From Oopsacas minuta (lineage: Eukaryota > Animalia > Porifera): a stretch of DNA of 64,000 nucleotides. The notes beneath the pieces are model-generated. The model had not been told where the DNA came from and ran no database searches. It saw nothing but the letters and a program-made list of their open reading frames with translations. The DNA lies in the NCBI GenBank assembly GCA_024704765.1, contig JAKMXF010000326.1:1-64000 (forward strand), read 5' to 3'. How positions within the stretch are numbered: the stretch's first letter is position 1; each line of letters begins with the position of its first letter. Made by a program: the position numbers and the translations under genes. Shown here one piece after another: positions 25,201-38,980 of the stretch.

Positions 25201-27249
25201 TTAGGTTAATTTCCAATATTAAACGATATCAGATACACTCTCTTTGAGAGGACTAAAACGTGTCGATCTGATTTGAAGGTTTACCAAAGGAGAAACCTTG
25301 CCCTATCAGATGTTAAGCAATAATACAGATTAATTAGAATACAAAAATTACAACCTAGTTCGAATTTCTCAAAGTGCAAAACGTAATTTGAGAAATCAGG
25401 GTTAATTGAGATGGAGAATAAAAGTTGATGTGATAAGTAGCGTATGTCAACACTCTAAAGAGTCTTTTTAATGGTGATATACAAGCAGACAATCACAAGT
25501 ATTAGTTCAATTGAGAAGTCGGCAAGGGTCTTGGCTCCAAAATATTCTCCGAGGTCCCACATCATTGCTTTAAGGGTCCAAAAAATTCCAAATTCATGTT
25601 AGATTTCAAACAACGAATTTTGGCAATGGGTTCCCTTCAGAACCTACTGAATGATCACAACGCCCATATACCTTCAACTAGAACTTGCTACCCGCCAAAC
25701 TGAATATGTACCTGCACTGATTTCAAAACCGCACGACGCAACATAGATAGATATATAATACAAAATTTAGAAACCGCTTCGCTTGCTTACGCTCCGCGAA
25801 TTAATGGAATAATAAATGTTCGTGGAAGGCGCCCTTTGGGCGACAATATGAAAATATAGTCGTGTATCATCACCATATTTACATAGGACCATGTATGTAT
25901 ACTAATCTGGTAGTCCATCTACCGTATAGGTTTTAGAAAATGATTAGTATTTTAAAATCATATTAATTTAAGGTTCTAGATAATCACTACGAACTCAAAG
26001 TAGCCCTGAATAAGTGGCGGTGACTAGAAAATGGCTCCAAGACTTGTCAACAAAGTTATCAACAATCTATCTTAGAATTTCTTTGATCAAATTACGCTTC
26101 ATTTAGCAATACGACATATGAGAGTGATTAGTTTCCCTAAATCATTATCAACAAAAGACATGGGTTCAAGAACTGTTGAGTTCTGTTTGCATGAAGCGCA
26201 GCACGAACAAGTTAAATGCCCTTGTAATTATAATATAGGTAGAAATATAAATGAATAGACAAAAATGTTTAAACAAGGCTTTAGTTATTATAGCGAGAAT
26301 GGTAATTCTAAGGAACAGTATCCGAAGTTTTCCGGGACAGCCAACTTTCATATACTGGACATATAGCACGACGCCTCTGATATCCATGTTCCTCCGGATG
26401 CACAACTCCCATCCAGATACTTAACGGGAGGTCTGGTGGGTAACCGCACTTCATGTTACGCAACCAAACGTCTAGGTCTATAAACTAAGGTTTCGCTACA
26501 GAACCGGGCTTCCAGTTTAGAAACATGACGTAAAGATGCTTAATCGGACAGTTGACAAGGTCTAGAAGGAAGTCATGGGCCGTAGGCGCTACTTGGACAA
26601 AACATATTCAATGTTTTCAATATATATTTTTCTCTAAAAACACTTGGTCAAAAAAATGTCGTCAAAAAATTTTCCGAAGATTTGATAAATTATGTTTAGT
26701 ATAATTCTTGGTTGGAACATAGTTAAGAAGGTATATATCAAATTTATCTGTGGCATATTGTACAAAAATCTTTACAAAAGCTGTCAAAATATATTATATG
26801 ATAATATTATGTAAGTCGTGCAGATATCTTAACTCATAAAAAATCACATTTATCTTACAGTCTAAGTATATATATATATTACTTGGTAATATAAGAATAC
26901 CACTATCTTAGAAAGTTAGAAATAAGAATCGTCATGAGATCTAACAAGCGTGCTGCTTCTAAGCCCCAATGGCTAAGCAGGTGCTACGAATGCACATTTG
27001 CTAAGGTTTCTCTACTTCAGCTATACATGAGTTTATGTACAAGCTTTAGTCACTCCTAAGCCTACCAACACTCCTATTGACTCATGTTACATTGTGAGAA
27101 AATCCAGGCTGTTAATCGTGACCCAGATTCTAAAACTGGCACTTCTTTAGATTCGTTTCATCTGCTAAACTTAAGCACAGGTTCAGCCCAAAATGGATAG
27201 CAGAGCTGGACTTCTATGAGATGGACTTTGATGTTGATGTTGTCACAAG

Positions 27250-27640
27250 AACTAGACATCCTGTGACGTCATATGCGGCATCTGCTATATGCAAAACGAG
27301 GAGAAGGATCTGGAGTGGAGTACTAGCAATTCAATAGGAGATCTTTCCATCAAATAATGGCATGGTTAACAATATTATTGGATTTGGAATCTAAGTAAGG
27401 AATCAAGCCATTAAAAGATAGAGCCTTGGAAGGTATTCCTGTACATGGATTTCCTTTCTCCAGATGCAATAAGGACAAGGGTATTTGCTCTGTGCTTGTT
27501 GAATTCCAACAAGAGGTGCGTCTCGTAAAATCACAAGTTATTTGCTTTAGAATTCCAAAATCCCAAAGTGCAAGAATCGATGGGTAATTTAACATTTCTC
27601 TCAGGTTGCTGTAGGTTTCAGGAGCTGCACAATTGCGAAC
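27250..27640 (-). pseudogene. Highly decayed CMC/Transib-like (Chapaev-type) transposase fragment
   Basis: APETYSNLREML ... TCDF ... LVGIQQAQSKYPCPYCIW across frames, paralleling the ETY/CGDLK/GLQ..KYCCFLC block of the Chapaev3 copies. Confidence 0.45.
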
Positions 27641-29350
27641 ACTAAGTTTTTTAGTATGCTATTTAAATTTGACAGGTAGTGACACTACGCAATAACTGAA
27701 AAATATTTACAGATATCTTTAGGAACTGTTGACCATAATTGAATAATCGAGTTGGAATTTCAGCCTTGTATTGGATTTAAATTGATAATAATTTGTGACA
27801 ATATAAACTAATTTATAAATGTCGCTGCAAATCCAAATGGTGTAGGTAAAAGTTTAGCAGATTTATCCATGCTCTTCTCTATATTGAGCATGACTGGAAC
27901 AAATATATCTCGAAAGATGATCCTCTTTTCATCATCCCAAGCAGCCTTTACACCCCCTGCTGAAAGATGAATCCATCTCTACGAAGTATCCTAACTAATT
28001 CCCAATACGCCTTCTTACAAAAACCTGGGTGTCAACTCTTTGTATATCTCGAATAGGTGAATAGCCAAGAGTCTTAATGTCATGGCCCCGAACTATAGAA
28101 CTTACTGTAGTTAGAGCAAGTTGTATATTAGTGTCAACAAAGAGTGTAGCTTTAAGACAGATGAAGATGAAGTCGACGTTGCTTTATCTTCAAACTCTTT
28201 CAACGCGTATCGGAGATAACCACAAGATAATCACAACCAATCAGAATGCACTCTGGCTTGAACAAGTTCAGCGGACAACTGCACTACCTGAGGAGCAGAC
28301 TTGGGGTGATTCAAAACCGTTAGCCACATATAACATGTAAGTATCAAATAATGATATACTATATGATTTTGAATACCAAATTAGATATATTAAGAGTAGA
28401 CAGTGATATCTGCAATTTTAGAGGGATAAAAAATTTTAGAATAATGTCCAGAGATCGGAACACGCAGAATGGTGATTTAGTTCAAAATACAGATTTAGCA
28501 ATAGTAATAATCAAATATTAAGGAATTTCACTATTCATAGCAAACTAAGAGGGATTAAGTTAGGATAATGTTAATCAACACAATCATATAGTTCTTTTAG
28601 TTATATTATATTATGGATATTTAAATATTCGGCGTATCGCCAGAATATATAATTGTACATTTAGATGTGTTGAAATAATGATGCTCAGTTAGTGTATATT
28701 ACTGCTAACTTGTGGACTTAGTAAAATAATATTATCAATGGACTTTAGGGTGAACGAATACTTTGTTAAGAGACTGTATGTAATTGAGCCTGCATTTCCT
28801 GTGCGCAATCTCCTGCTTTCAAAGAACATGGAGGCAAAGACTCAAGAGGAGGATCGACAAGCTCGACAAATTCGACAAATGCACCACTCCAACATGGTTA
28901 CTTGGAACAAGTAGTGTTTCGATGAGACTGGTGCTCAACGAATTCGTATAATATAATGGCTCGTCAATAAAGAGATAGGTAACGGTAAACTGGTATCGCA
29001 GCAACGAGGTTGAAGAGAACGCGAAGCTGCTTGCCTTTAAAAACAAAGCTTTACTGTCGTTTTAGAATTTATCGATTCGTCGCATCTTCCTGCTTGAGCA
29101 AAAAGTGTTTGAGCGAAGTCGTAGATGAGCGACCAACCATTTAGGTACTTATTGTGTGGTATGAGTAAACAAAACGAGTACACTATTGTTGCTGATAAAT
29201 ATGTCATCTATAATTCCGGTAGATCTTTTTACAACTCAAAACAACCTTGTCCCATTGCACAAAGTCTTTGTGGATACTTTGAAAACTCCTGGATACAAAT
29301 AAAAGATCATGATCTCTGGAATATGCATGGGGTCCAACAGTGACCAATAA

Positions 29351-31836
29351 CACTGGTCAACTACGAAATGTCTTCTTGAATGATTTTGATATTTTCTAGA
29401 ACAAAAACTGCGATAATTCTAAATTTGCCATCAGTTTTTCACCTATACGTCAGGATATTTCGTTTTCAATAATTTTGATTTATTGCATTTCCATAGATAT
29501 TTGGTGCTAAATTAACCAGAACTTTGAGTCTTCTTTCACAAGACTTATATAATACTTTAACTAATATACTATATACAATGTAACCTCATAGGTCGGTACT
29601 AACTCTAACTAACTTAATACATTTATCTAAATTCATGTACATTTAGATGTTTTTGTTCCCTATCTTTCTACAATCAATGCATCGCAAATGTGAGAATGAT
29701 CCTGACTGTTTTTGTTATATTTGTGGTATCTACATGTTGGATAGTATGTACAAGAAAATGACTCCGTTAATTATAGAACAATACTATCTGTATTTCGGTT
29801 GTAAAGTCAGAGACCAAGACAAACTATGAGCCCCTCATTATACTTGTCACACATGTTGTACTAACTTAGTCAAATGGTCAAAGGGAAATTTGAAAGCTAT
29901 GCCATTTGGTGTCCCAATGGTCTGGAGGGAACAATGAAACCATTCAGATGACTGCTACTTTTGTTCTGTAAAAGTTCAAGGGCATTCTAAAAAGACTAAA
30001 TCTAGGATAACATACCCAAAATTGCCTTCAGCTTTGCGCCCTGTAGCACATGGCTTGGGAATTCCTGTCCCTAAAGCTCTTGTCGCATCTAAAGTCCAGG
30101 AATGTGTTGATAGTGAACCTAAAGATCAGTTTGATACATCTTTTGAGGTGCAAAGTGATGCCCCAAAGCTATTTTCACAAGCGGACTTGAATGATTTAGT
30201 CGGGGATCTTGAGCTGTCGAAGGAATCAGCTATGCTTTTAGGTTCGAGACTTAAAGAAAGAGCCATCTAGAAACAAGAACTACATTTTACTGGTATAGGA
30301 ATAGAGAGCAGAAATTTGAGTCTTTCTTTTCAATGGACAATAACTTGGTTTATTGCAATAATATTCAAGGGTTGATTTTATCCATGGGAATGAACTATGA
30401 TGCCAATGATTGGAGAGTTTTCATTGATTCCTCTAAGAGAAGCCTCAAAGCGGTCCTCCTTTACAACGGAAACACTGTGTCGTCAATCCCAATCGCGCAT
30501 TCAGTTACCCTTCGAGAAAATTATGAAACCATGAAGTTACTCATTGATATACTCAAGTATGAAGAACATCATTGGCAAATTTGTGGTGACTTAAAAGTAT
30601 TGCTCCCTACTTGGTCACCAAGGTGGTTATACAAAGAATCCTTGCTTTCTTTGCTTATGGGATAGCCGAGCGGACTCTCAACATTATTCAAGGCAAGAAT
30701 GACCAACTAGAACTGAATATATCCCAGGAAGGGAAAATGTGAGGTCTATTCCTCTTGTCGATCCCCAGATGGTCATATTACCCCCGCTCCATATCAAACT
30801 TGGTCTAATGAAGAATTTAGTTAAAGCCGTAAATAGGGAAGGTGATGCATTTAGGTATCTTTGTATGAAATTTCCAGCTATAAGTGAGGCCAAGTAAAAG
30901 CAGGTATTTTTGTGGGACCACAAATACGTCAATTATTTCGGGATCCTCAGTTTGAGGCAGTGCAGAATACCGTAGAAAGAAATGCCTGGACATCTTTCAA
31001 GAATGTCATAGAATTCTTTTTGGGAAATAAGAAAGCGGAAAACTACCAAGAACTTATTCAAACAATGCTTGTTAACTATGAATCTCTTGGCTGTAGAATG
31101 AGCATAAAGATTCACTTTCTACATTCGCATTTAAATTATTTTCCTGAAAGTCTCGGCGCCTTAAGTGAGAAACAAGGTAAGCGGTTTCATCAGGACATTT
31201 GTGAAATGGAGAAAAGATACCAAGGCAAATGGAATACAAGTAGGATGGGAGACTATTGTTGGTGTTTAAGAAGGGACTGCGATACAGGTCACAATCGAAT
31301 GTCAAGAAAACGGCGTTTCATTCCATATATTCCATATTAAAGCTGCTAGTGATTAATAATTTATCGCTTACAATTTCCAAGTCAAATAGTAATAGTGTTG
31401 ATGTTTAAAACTTCTGATCACAATCGTAAATTCAATCATGGGCATTTTATACTTCATACCAGATTGATTTATCAAAAGCATGATATACGTATATGTATCA
31501 CGGATCTCTGAAATCATGATCTTGATCAAAAAAATACGAACCTTACGAAACTTACAGAATAAATTACATTAACTATTAATGGGAACTCGTATTATTGTTA
31601 TATGGGTTCGAATAATATACTTTTAGATTTTTCTTTGGGTTTGAAAACAATATGGTACAATTATTTAAATATATATTTTCCTTGAAGTCAAAGAAATTTG
31701 AAAAATTGATCATCGAAAAATCTGGACGTGTAGATAACAAATGAATGCCATATTTGAAACCAGCATAAAAAAATGGTCAAGAAAAGTTTGAATACATCGA
31801 AGAAGAAATTATAATTTGAAAAAAAGTTGCCCAGTG
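29351..31836 (+). mobile_element. Second Chapaev3-type DNA transposon (different family), defective
   Basis: TIRs CACTGGTCAACT and AGTTGCCCAGTG (11/12); TAA TSD at 29348-29350 and 31837-31839. Confidence 0.9.
29677..31340 (+). pseudogene. Chapaev3-like transposase, multiple stops and frameshifts
   Basis: RKCENDPDCFCYICG, RDQDK, LNDLVGDLEL, WRVFIDSSKRSLKAVLLYNGN, ICGDLK, HFLHSHLNYFPESLGALSEKQGKRFHQDI. Confidence 0.88.
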
Positions 31837-32509
31837 TAATAGCCTTGAAGGGTGGCCTTTGAGCCTCAATCGTTCCTTTAGTAAGACATATGCAAAGTTT
31901 TTCGAATTCATCTAAAATTAATACGAAAACAAGGATCAACCAAGACTCTTCTAACTCAAATATAATTTAGAAATATAAAACTACACTCAAACAACATAAA
32001 GTTAAGCAAATCAATGAGAGAATTGATATGATTACAAGCGAGTATAATTTAGGGAATAAAAAATGCAGACGATTTTGTACACAATTTGGCTCAGCCAACA
32101 AATATTTCACTTTAATTATCATTAATATCAATGAAATCTAATCCAATACTCAATATTTCCTATTTCATTTTTCTATATGTTTTTATGCAATTAGTTCTCT
32201 CTCTTCTATCTACACATAAAATAATAGATTTCATTAAATCATAACTTAATACACAATTCGCTCTTTGGGGGATTCGCTGAAAGGGTTGGTTGCTCAAACA
32301 CCAATGTATCCGACTGATCTCAACTAATCAAGTGATCATATAGTTTCTGAGGCAAAGATGAGCATATTCTGGTCATCGATGGTAGATGTATCAACTGAAA
32401 TTAGTCACTTACACCTATTTGTGATAAGTTTAACTAGCAATCCAAAGAAGTTAATATTGAATAGAAAAAAGAGAATAAGAACGATAAATACGTAAAGAGT
32501 AACAATGAT

Positions 32510-32994
32510 CTAGGGTGCGACCGCGACCCGTGCGGGCTTTATTGTAAATCACGGGCTGCGGGCTTTTTTCCACGGGCCGCGGGCACAAAACGGGCTGAAA
32601 AGAGTCAAAAAGAACAATTTTACAGATGATGAATATACTTTAATTATAGAATTAGGTCATGAAATTATTACTATTTTAGTATATGTAAGTATCACAAGTA
32701 TTATGAATCTTATTTTCGTTTAATCTAATAATCTTCATAGAGAGGTAGAATCATGTCAGTGTTATCTGTAACTAACGAAACAATCAAAGTATTGCATATA
32801 TATAAAGTTTCATATATATACTATTTGCGCACACGATTTCCCGCATCTTATAACGCGGAATTTATAGGAATTCTCAATTCTTTGAGAATACATTCACGAA
32901 TTCAGCCAACAGTGCCATAAAATAAACAAATTTCCTAAATCACGGGCTGGTGGAATAAATAAGCGGGCCGCGGGCTTTACGGGTCGCACCCTAG
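32510..32994 (-). mobile_element. hAT-family MITE, copy 2 (485 bp, inverted relative to copy 1)
   Basis: TIR CTAGGGTGCGACC; perfect 8-bp TSD ACAATGAT; internal sequence is the near-exact reverse complement of 21759-22264, lacking one subterminal repeat unit. Confidence 0.92.
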
Positions 32995-33202
32995 ACAATG
33001 ATCAATGAATTACTCCAGGCTCTAAATCCTAATCAGTTCCCATTACTACTTGTAGTGAATTTTCAAACTCACGTAAGCATACAATAGCAACATTGCTGAA
33101 AATATGAATTTTTGATAGCTCAAAGATAAGGATGTAACAAAAATACTACAAGAGTAGAATATAATGACTGAATAATATTTAAATATGAAGATACAACATT
33201 AC

Positions 33203-33839
33203 CAGTATGGTTGATTTTACAAATGTTAGGATCAGAATCAAAGAGAGTCCTTTTGGACCTACTCTTTTCCTTATGATAGAGTATATTTGATGAAGAATTC
33301 CGATTAATCACTGAAATTTCACGAGAAGTATTCAATAAAAATCCATGAATACTATGATCCTGTATTGATCTATCGTTCTGATTACTGAGTGGAGATGCTT
33401 GACGGAGAAAACTTGAAGAGGGAGATATAGAGGAATCGTTTGAGAAAGAATCTCTAGAAAAATTAAAGACGGAGTCACAAAAAGATCGAGGTGGAGTATG
33501 ACCAAGTGACATATAGAGTACTTGTAAAAATTCAATGTGAACACTTCCAAATCGTTGATCACAATTATTCACTAAATTATGTAGCATAAACTCGGTCACA
33601 TGTGATGGATTAGTGGAAACAGTGAGGAACCTCAATAAAGAGATACACTCTGAAATATAGACATCTGGAGTATGGTTTGATAAAATTCTATGACAAATAG
33701 GGTAAATCAAAAATCTGAGAGTAATTTGGTTCTCAACAGAGGTTATGAGTTGATTTGTAGAAATATGATCCATCTTTATCTGGGATAAATTTTTTAAAGT
33801 TTGTGATGATGTAAATTCAGTGGAAGAGACATCTGCATT
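33203..33839 (-). CDS. Internal exon of an unidentified host gene (helical region then Ser-rich tract)
   Basis: 212 open codons bounded by acceptor tatatttag| (33840-33842) and donor |gtaatg (33201-33202). Confidence 0.65.
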
Positions 33840-34124
33840 CTAAATATAAAGAAGCCAATATTTCAACTATCAATCAAGGATTAATAACGTAAAATAAACT
33901 TGAAAATGACCATATACCATAATATTTGTTTTACGACAAGATACATAAAGCAAAACTGAAATTCGTGTATCATGTAAATACTTAAGTATAAACTTGGTAA
34001 AATATTTGAAAAAACTTATATAAAATACATTGAGAAGTTATAAATATTTCGTATCCAATTTAAATAAATAAATCCATAATATAAATCAAATAGAGATGCG
34101 AATGAAGCGTCAGACAATGATATA

Positions 34125-35400
34125 CGAAGGGCACTCGAAAAGTTTTGTCGTTTATTATCAAACTACAAATACTTTCTAATAAGATTATTTTGTGTATATT
34201 TAGACTCATATTAATTACCTACACAACCAATTTCATCAGTTAATCTTTTATACTTTTCGAATTGTATGATTCCTCAACGAGAATCTGACCTCACAAGACG
34301 CGATTTTAGAGCGATGATTATAATTTTTTGTTCAAACTTGAGAAGAGCCGTTTGGAAATACACGAAACCTTGCAGAAACACTTTAGAAATATAGCTCCTT
34401 GTTTGAGACGAGTAGAGCAATGGTACTCAGAGTTTATTCTTCGAAATTATATTCTTGAACATGGTCCCCGTCCTGGTAGGCCTAACAATACACACACGAT
34501 AGAAATGTAGAGCTGGTGTTGGACCAAGTAACAAAAGACCCTCATGTTACTTAAGCTCAGTTAGAACGTGAAACCAAATTGTCATCGGGGAGTATAAACG
34601 TCATCTACAAAAAGAGCTCGAGCTTAGAAAGTTATGTGCACATTGGATCCCGCAATCTTTGTCGTTCGATCAGAAAAAGTGCCGAGTGGATTGTTGCAAA
34701 TTATGCTTAAACGATTTGCTAATTGAACTTCTAGAGCTATTTCTGAAATACTCGCAGGCGATGAGACATGGCTATACCACTATGACCCAGAAACAAAGAG
34801 ACAATCTAAGGAGTGGGTTGAAGAAGGTGGTTTACCTCGAACAAAGGTCTGGAGAATTAGATCAGTCGGAAAGCAGATGTGACCGATTTCTTTAGACCTA
34901 GTAGATTTGTTGAAGGAATTGCACTTGAGGATAGGAAGACAGTTACTGCTGATTGGTATACCACAATATGTCTTCCGAAAGTATTCAGTGCTATCGAAAA
35001 ACAACGTGAGAAGTCAGGTGTCCGAGGAATCCTGCTTCACCATGATAATGCTTCATCACATACAGCATTAAGAACTCGTGAGTTTTTAGAGATTTCTAGG
35101 ATCTGAACGCTACCCCACCCAACCTACAGTCCAGATCTAGCCTTTGTAATTTTTGTTATTCCCAAAGCTGAAAGATCAAATTCGTGGGAGGAGATTTTTC
35201 AGCAATGAAGAGTTGACCGGGACACTTTTCTTAGCAATTGAGGAGATACCTAAGAGAGAATGGAAATGTGTTTTGATACCTGGTTAAACGCTTGAAAAGG
35301 TGTATAGCGTCAGGCCGAGTATTTGAAAAAATGTGACCATATATTATGTAACACTTATTATATGAGTATATAAACGACAAAACTTTTCGAGTGCCCCTCG
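34125..35400 (+). mobile_element. mariner element with frameshifted transposase
   Basis: 30-bp TIRs CGA(A/G)GGGCACTCGAAAAGTTTTGTCGTTTA (1 mismatch), TA flanks; WIPQSL, GDETWL, HHDNASSH, YSPDLA motifs. Confidence 0.93.
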
Positions 35401-36324
35401 TATATCGTTAAAGAAGTAACTAAAGCTTGAATCCTAGTATTCAATTCAGCAGCCTCATAATTGACAGCAAAAGCTTCATCAATTAGAAATTAAGGGTTAA
35501 GAAGCCTCAAAAACAGATATTTAGTCTTGAAAATATCGAGGATGGACCTGATTAGTTAGATTATAGGATATAATAAATCATGGGATCTAGCAATCTATGG
35601 TCATCTTGTTGACCGAGTGTGGAGATGATTCTCCAGTAGTAGGGCAATGATACTGTAAATGTACAATATTTTGACCAATAAACTGTCAAATATCAACAAT
35701 TAATATACTATACAGGAAAGAGCGAATCAGTAAACCCAAAATAGAAAGGGTGATAAAGAGGGCCTCAGACAGAAGGACAATCACTCTACCTCAATTCAGA
35801 AATTAGGGTATATAGTGACGCCTAAAACGCACATTTGTTGCACGGGCCAGTTTGAAGGTTCGACCATATATGGGGCCGAAAATGCAGGTGGACTTACAAC
35901 CCTTACTTCAATTTTAATGTAGAAGGATATTTTCTAAAAACACAGAATTGTGGGGTATAGACATACTTAGCAAACTCTAAATGAATATTGCTATATATAT
36001 TATGATAATGGGAAAATGACGATCAATTAAGACGATCCAGAATAATAACCCGGAGTTGTATACTTTCGCGAAGGAAATGTCAGCAAAATTCCTCCATAGA
36101 AACTTGACTTTTTGATAATAAGATGTCATCATCAGATCACAATTAAAAACAGAAAATTAGTGCAAACTCCCAAATCAATAGATTTGTCAAGAAGAGATAT
36201 TCGAGCCATTATACTATTTCAGTTTTACCTTCGAAAAAATAACCAAAGGTCTTGAGGGATTCTATAAATCTTTCTGGAATTGAGAAATCCAGCCGTCCTA
36301 ATTACATGAAAATTTGTATACACA

Positions 36325-38980
36325 TGTTGCAGTCCAACTATGAATTTGGCCCATTTACGAATTGACCACACAACTGCCTATTCGCGAATAGACCAATTTC
36401 AATTGGTCCGAGTGCGAAATATTTTTAGAATTACCCAATTGGTTTGTAAATATATTCACAATGCTTCCTCACCATGAAATTTATTAAGAATTTAATAGTT
36501 ACAGAAGCTATTACTTCATACTACTACTTGTTCTTTCTGTGTGCTCAAGAATAATTGTCATACAAATAATTGCTTATATGCTTTCTGGAAGCAGTTACTA
36601 TTTCGCTGAATGCAGTAATAGTAGTTTATATCTGTTATTTTGTATTGCCTATTGCTCATTTCGTTAATGTGCGTTACTCAAGGTGACTGCATTACCACTC
36701 TCATCTGCTTCTGCTGGTTTGCCTAATGACCTTGATCTTTGCTAGCGATTAACATTGAGACGGACAGGGATTAATAAATATATTGATAAGCAATAAATTG
36801 TATATGGTATGAGCTCATCTAGATATCTTAATGAATATGTGATTGAAAATTCTAGAATGGCATCAAAGGAAACATTTTTCACGTCATCTCTGTATCCAAA
36901 GAAGCAATCAATCAGAGTTTCAAACTAGAGAGGAGATTGATGAAAAAGTCAATATCCTGATAAGAGGAAAGCCAACCCAAGGTAAAACTACTTCAAATGA
37001 TATAGACAGAACAAAAAGTATACACTTATCAAATGTCGAAACATCCAGAATATTATATCTTCGCGGAAATGATGATGTTCCAAACAAAGGAGTGGTTGCA
37101 ATTGAAGATATTTACGATATACTAAAAAAAGTACATGTAGATCAAAACCATTGTGGTCGAACTGGGCTCTACAAACGTCTGTCAATGGAGTATCATGGAA
37201 TTCCTCGTTCCCTATATCAAATCTATATCAATCACTGTGAGATATGTCAGCGTAAAAATCAAGAAAATCATTGAAATCCCTTGTAATAAAACCTATTTCT
37301 TCCTCTAATTATCTTTCTCGGAGTCAAACCGATCTTATTGACTTCTCTACTGTATTTCCTGAAGTAAACCAGCCGTATAATTGGCTTGCAGTTCATCAAG
37401 ATCATTTTACCAAATTCATTCGGCCCAGACCCCTAAACAGGAAATCTGCTGAAGAAGTTACTGATTTCCTCAAGGACCTATTTTGTAAACTAGGCCCACC
37501 TTTGATATTGCAATCTGCAATGGAAGAGAATTTAACAACTCTTAGTTGTTCCAACTAATGAACGAGAAGTGGCCTGTGACCACAATTATTCGTGGCAAAC
37601 CTCGTCACACGGAATCTCAAGACTCATTGGAACGAGCGAACCAAGACATCAACAAACATTTTACCACAATGATATTAGAGAATGAGAATGATACCAATTG
37701 GACCAAATATGTAAGGTTAGTGCAGTATAAGAAGAATACGAATTACCACTCAACGATTGGAATGACACCTTTTCAGTCAATATTTAGTAGAAAACCACCC
37801 ATTGGGTTATCTGAACACGGTTTTCCAATCGAATTAGTGTCCGATATATCAACAGAGGAAGATCTCAACCTATCCATTCAAGACTTAAATCATACCGAAC
37901 TCCCTCAACATGAAACTTCCTCCGCAGAATATCAAATATACTCCAACCTCTCTAGTCCAGCTCAACCCGAGTGCTCTGAGTTTCTTTCCCATCCATATTT
38001 GGAGGAAATATCACAACCTCTACCTAACACTGTTCATATTTATGAAGAATCCAAGATCTACGTTTTCCATCCGAACTTTTTCCTTCTGCTTCATTTAATT
38101 TAAAGTTTCCTATTGTGGAGGAATTAGAAGTTAATAACCCAAATGAATCAGTTCATATTAAATCCCAATCCGTAACTTCCACAAAATGTGCTGTTTGTCA
38201 CAAAGAAACAACTCAAGCGCACAGTTGTCCTGGATGTTTCAGGTACATACATGCGATTCGTGGTAGGACTGAAGGAGAAGAAGGATATGGAAGCTCAGTC
38301 TGGTGACATTATTGTGACCTACAGAAGCGTCAGTCAGAATCGGTAACTCAGCGGAGGGCAATTAAACGTAAGCAGGTGAATCTTCATCAACGCATGCTTA
38401 AAGCAAGTTGCAATCGTTTTCCTGATGCAAAAATAGATGACAACACCATTTGACCAATATCCAATCGGATTCATTAACTTTCGGAAATAAGAACATGTTT
38501 GAGTTGTGTTAAGCAAAGAAGATGAACTCTACTCGATTGGAACAAAATGTGGAATATTAGATACGAAATATTCTAGAAACCAGTTCGATATCTGCACGTC
38601 CAAGTTCATAGAAAAAGGAGTTGTTACTCAAAACAGAATTTCTCAAAGAACTGCTATGCAAAATGCTTCTCAAGGTGTTACTTACTTATGCAAGTGCAAA
38701 AGTTGCTCAACTCCTCGTTGTCCATGCCGAATAGCATCTTCAATTTGTCACTCATGTTGTCACAACGGGAAGTGTTGTTTCAACAAACCAAACTGACAGA
38801 GCACTATTAGCATCAATAGATTATATAATCTTTATAGTGTATAAATGCATTTACACACAAATCAATTGAGTAAATCTAAAAATAATTCGCACTCAGACCA
38901 ATTCAAAATGGTCTATTCGTGAATAGGCAGTTGTATTAGTCAATTCGTAAATGGGCCAAATTCGCATTTGGACCTCAACA
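36325..38980 (+). mobile_element. Ginger2/TDD-type DNA transposon (retroviral-like integrase, long TIRs)
   Basis: TGT...ACA termini; ~100-bp TIRs (TGTTG..GTCCAA...GAATTTGGCCCATTTACGAATTGAC...); 4-bp flanks CACA and CATA. Confidence 0.88.
36809..38796 (+). pseudogene. KRAB-A-domain-protein-2/SCAND3-like integrase (HHCC + rve + Cys-rich C-terminus), frameshifted
   Basis: HVDQNHCG...HCEICQRK zinc motif; QTDLID, QDHFTKF, ILQS, GKPRHTESQDSLERANQD; CAVCHK..HSCPGC; terminal CKCKSCSTPRCPCRIASSICHSCCH. Confidence 0.85.

Noticed and set aside
13500-26545. Alternative genetic code (TAA/TAG = Gln) or U-to-C editing, suggested by stops falling where Gln or Arg would read naturally in several decayed frames
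   Set aside because: The intact 534- and 212-codon exons contain no in-frame stop codons, transposase ORFs end in TAA, and C-to-T decay of CAA/CAG/CGA explains the pattern.
28810-29120. CGACAA-repeat, GC-richer segment as coding sequence
   Set aside because: Stops every ~15-20 codons in all frames; no motif recognised.
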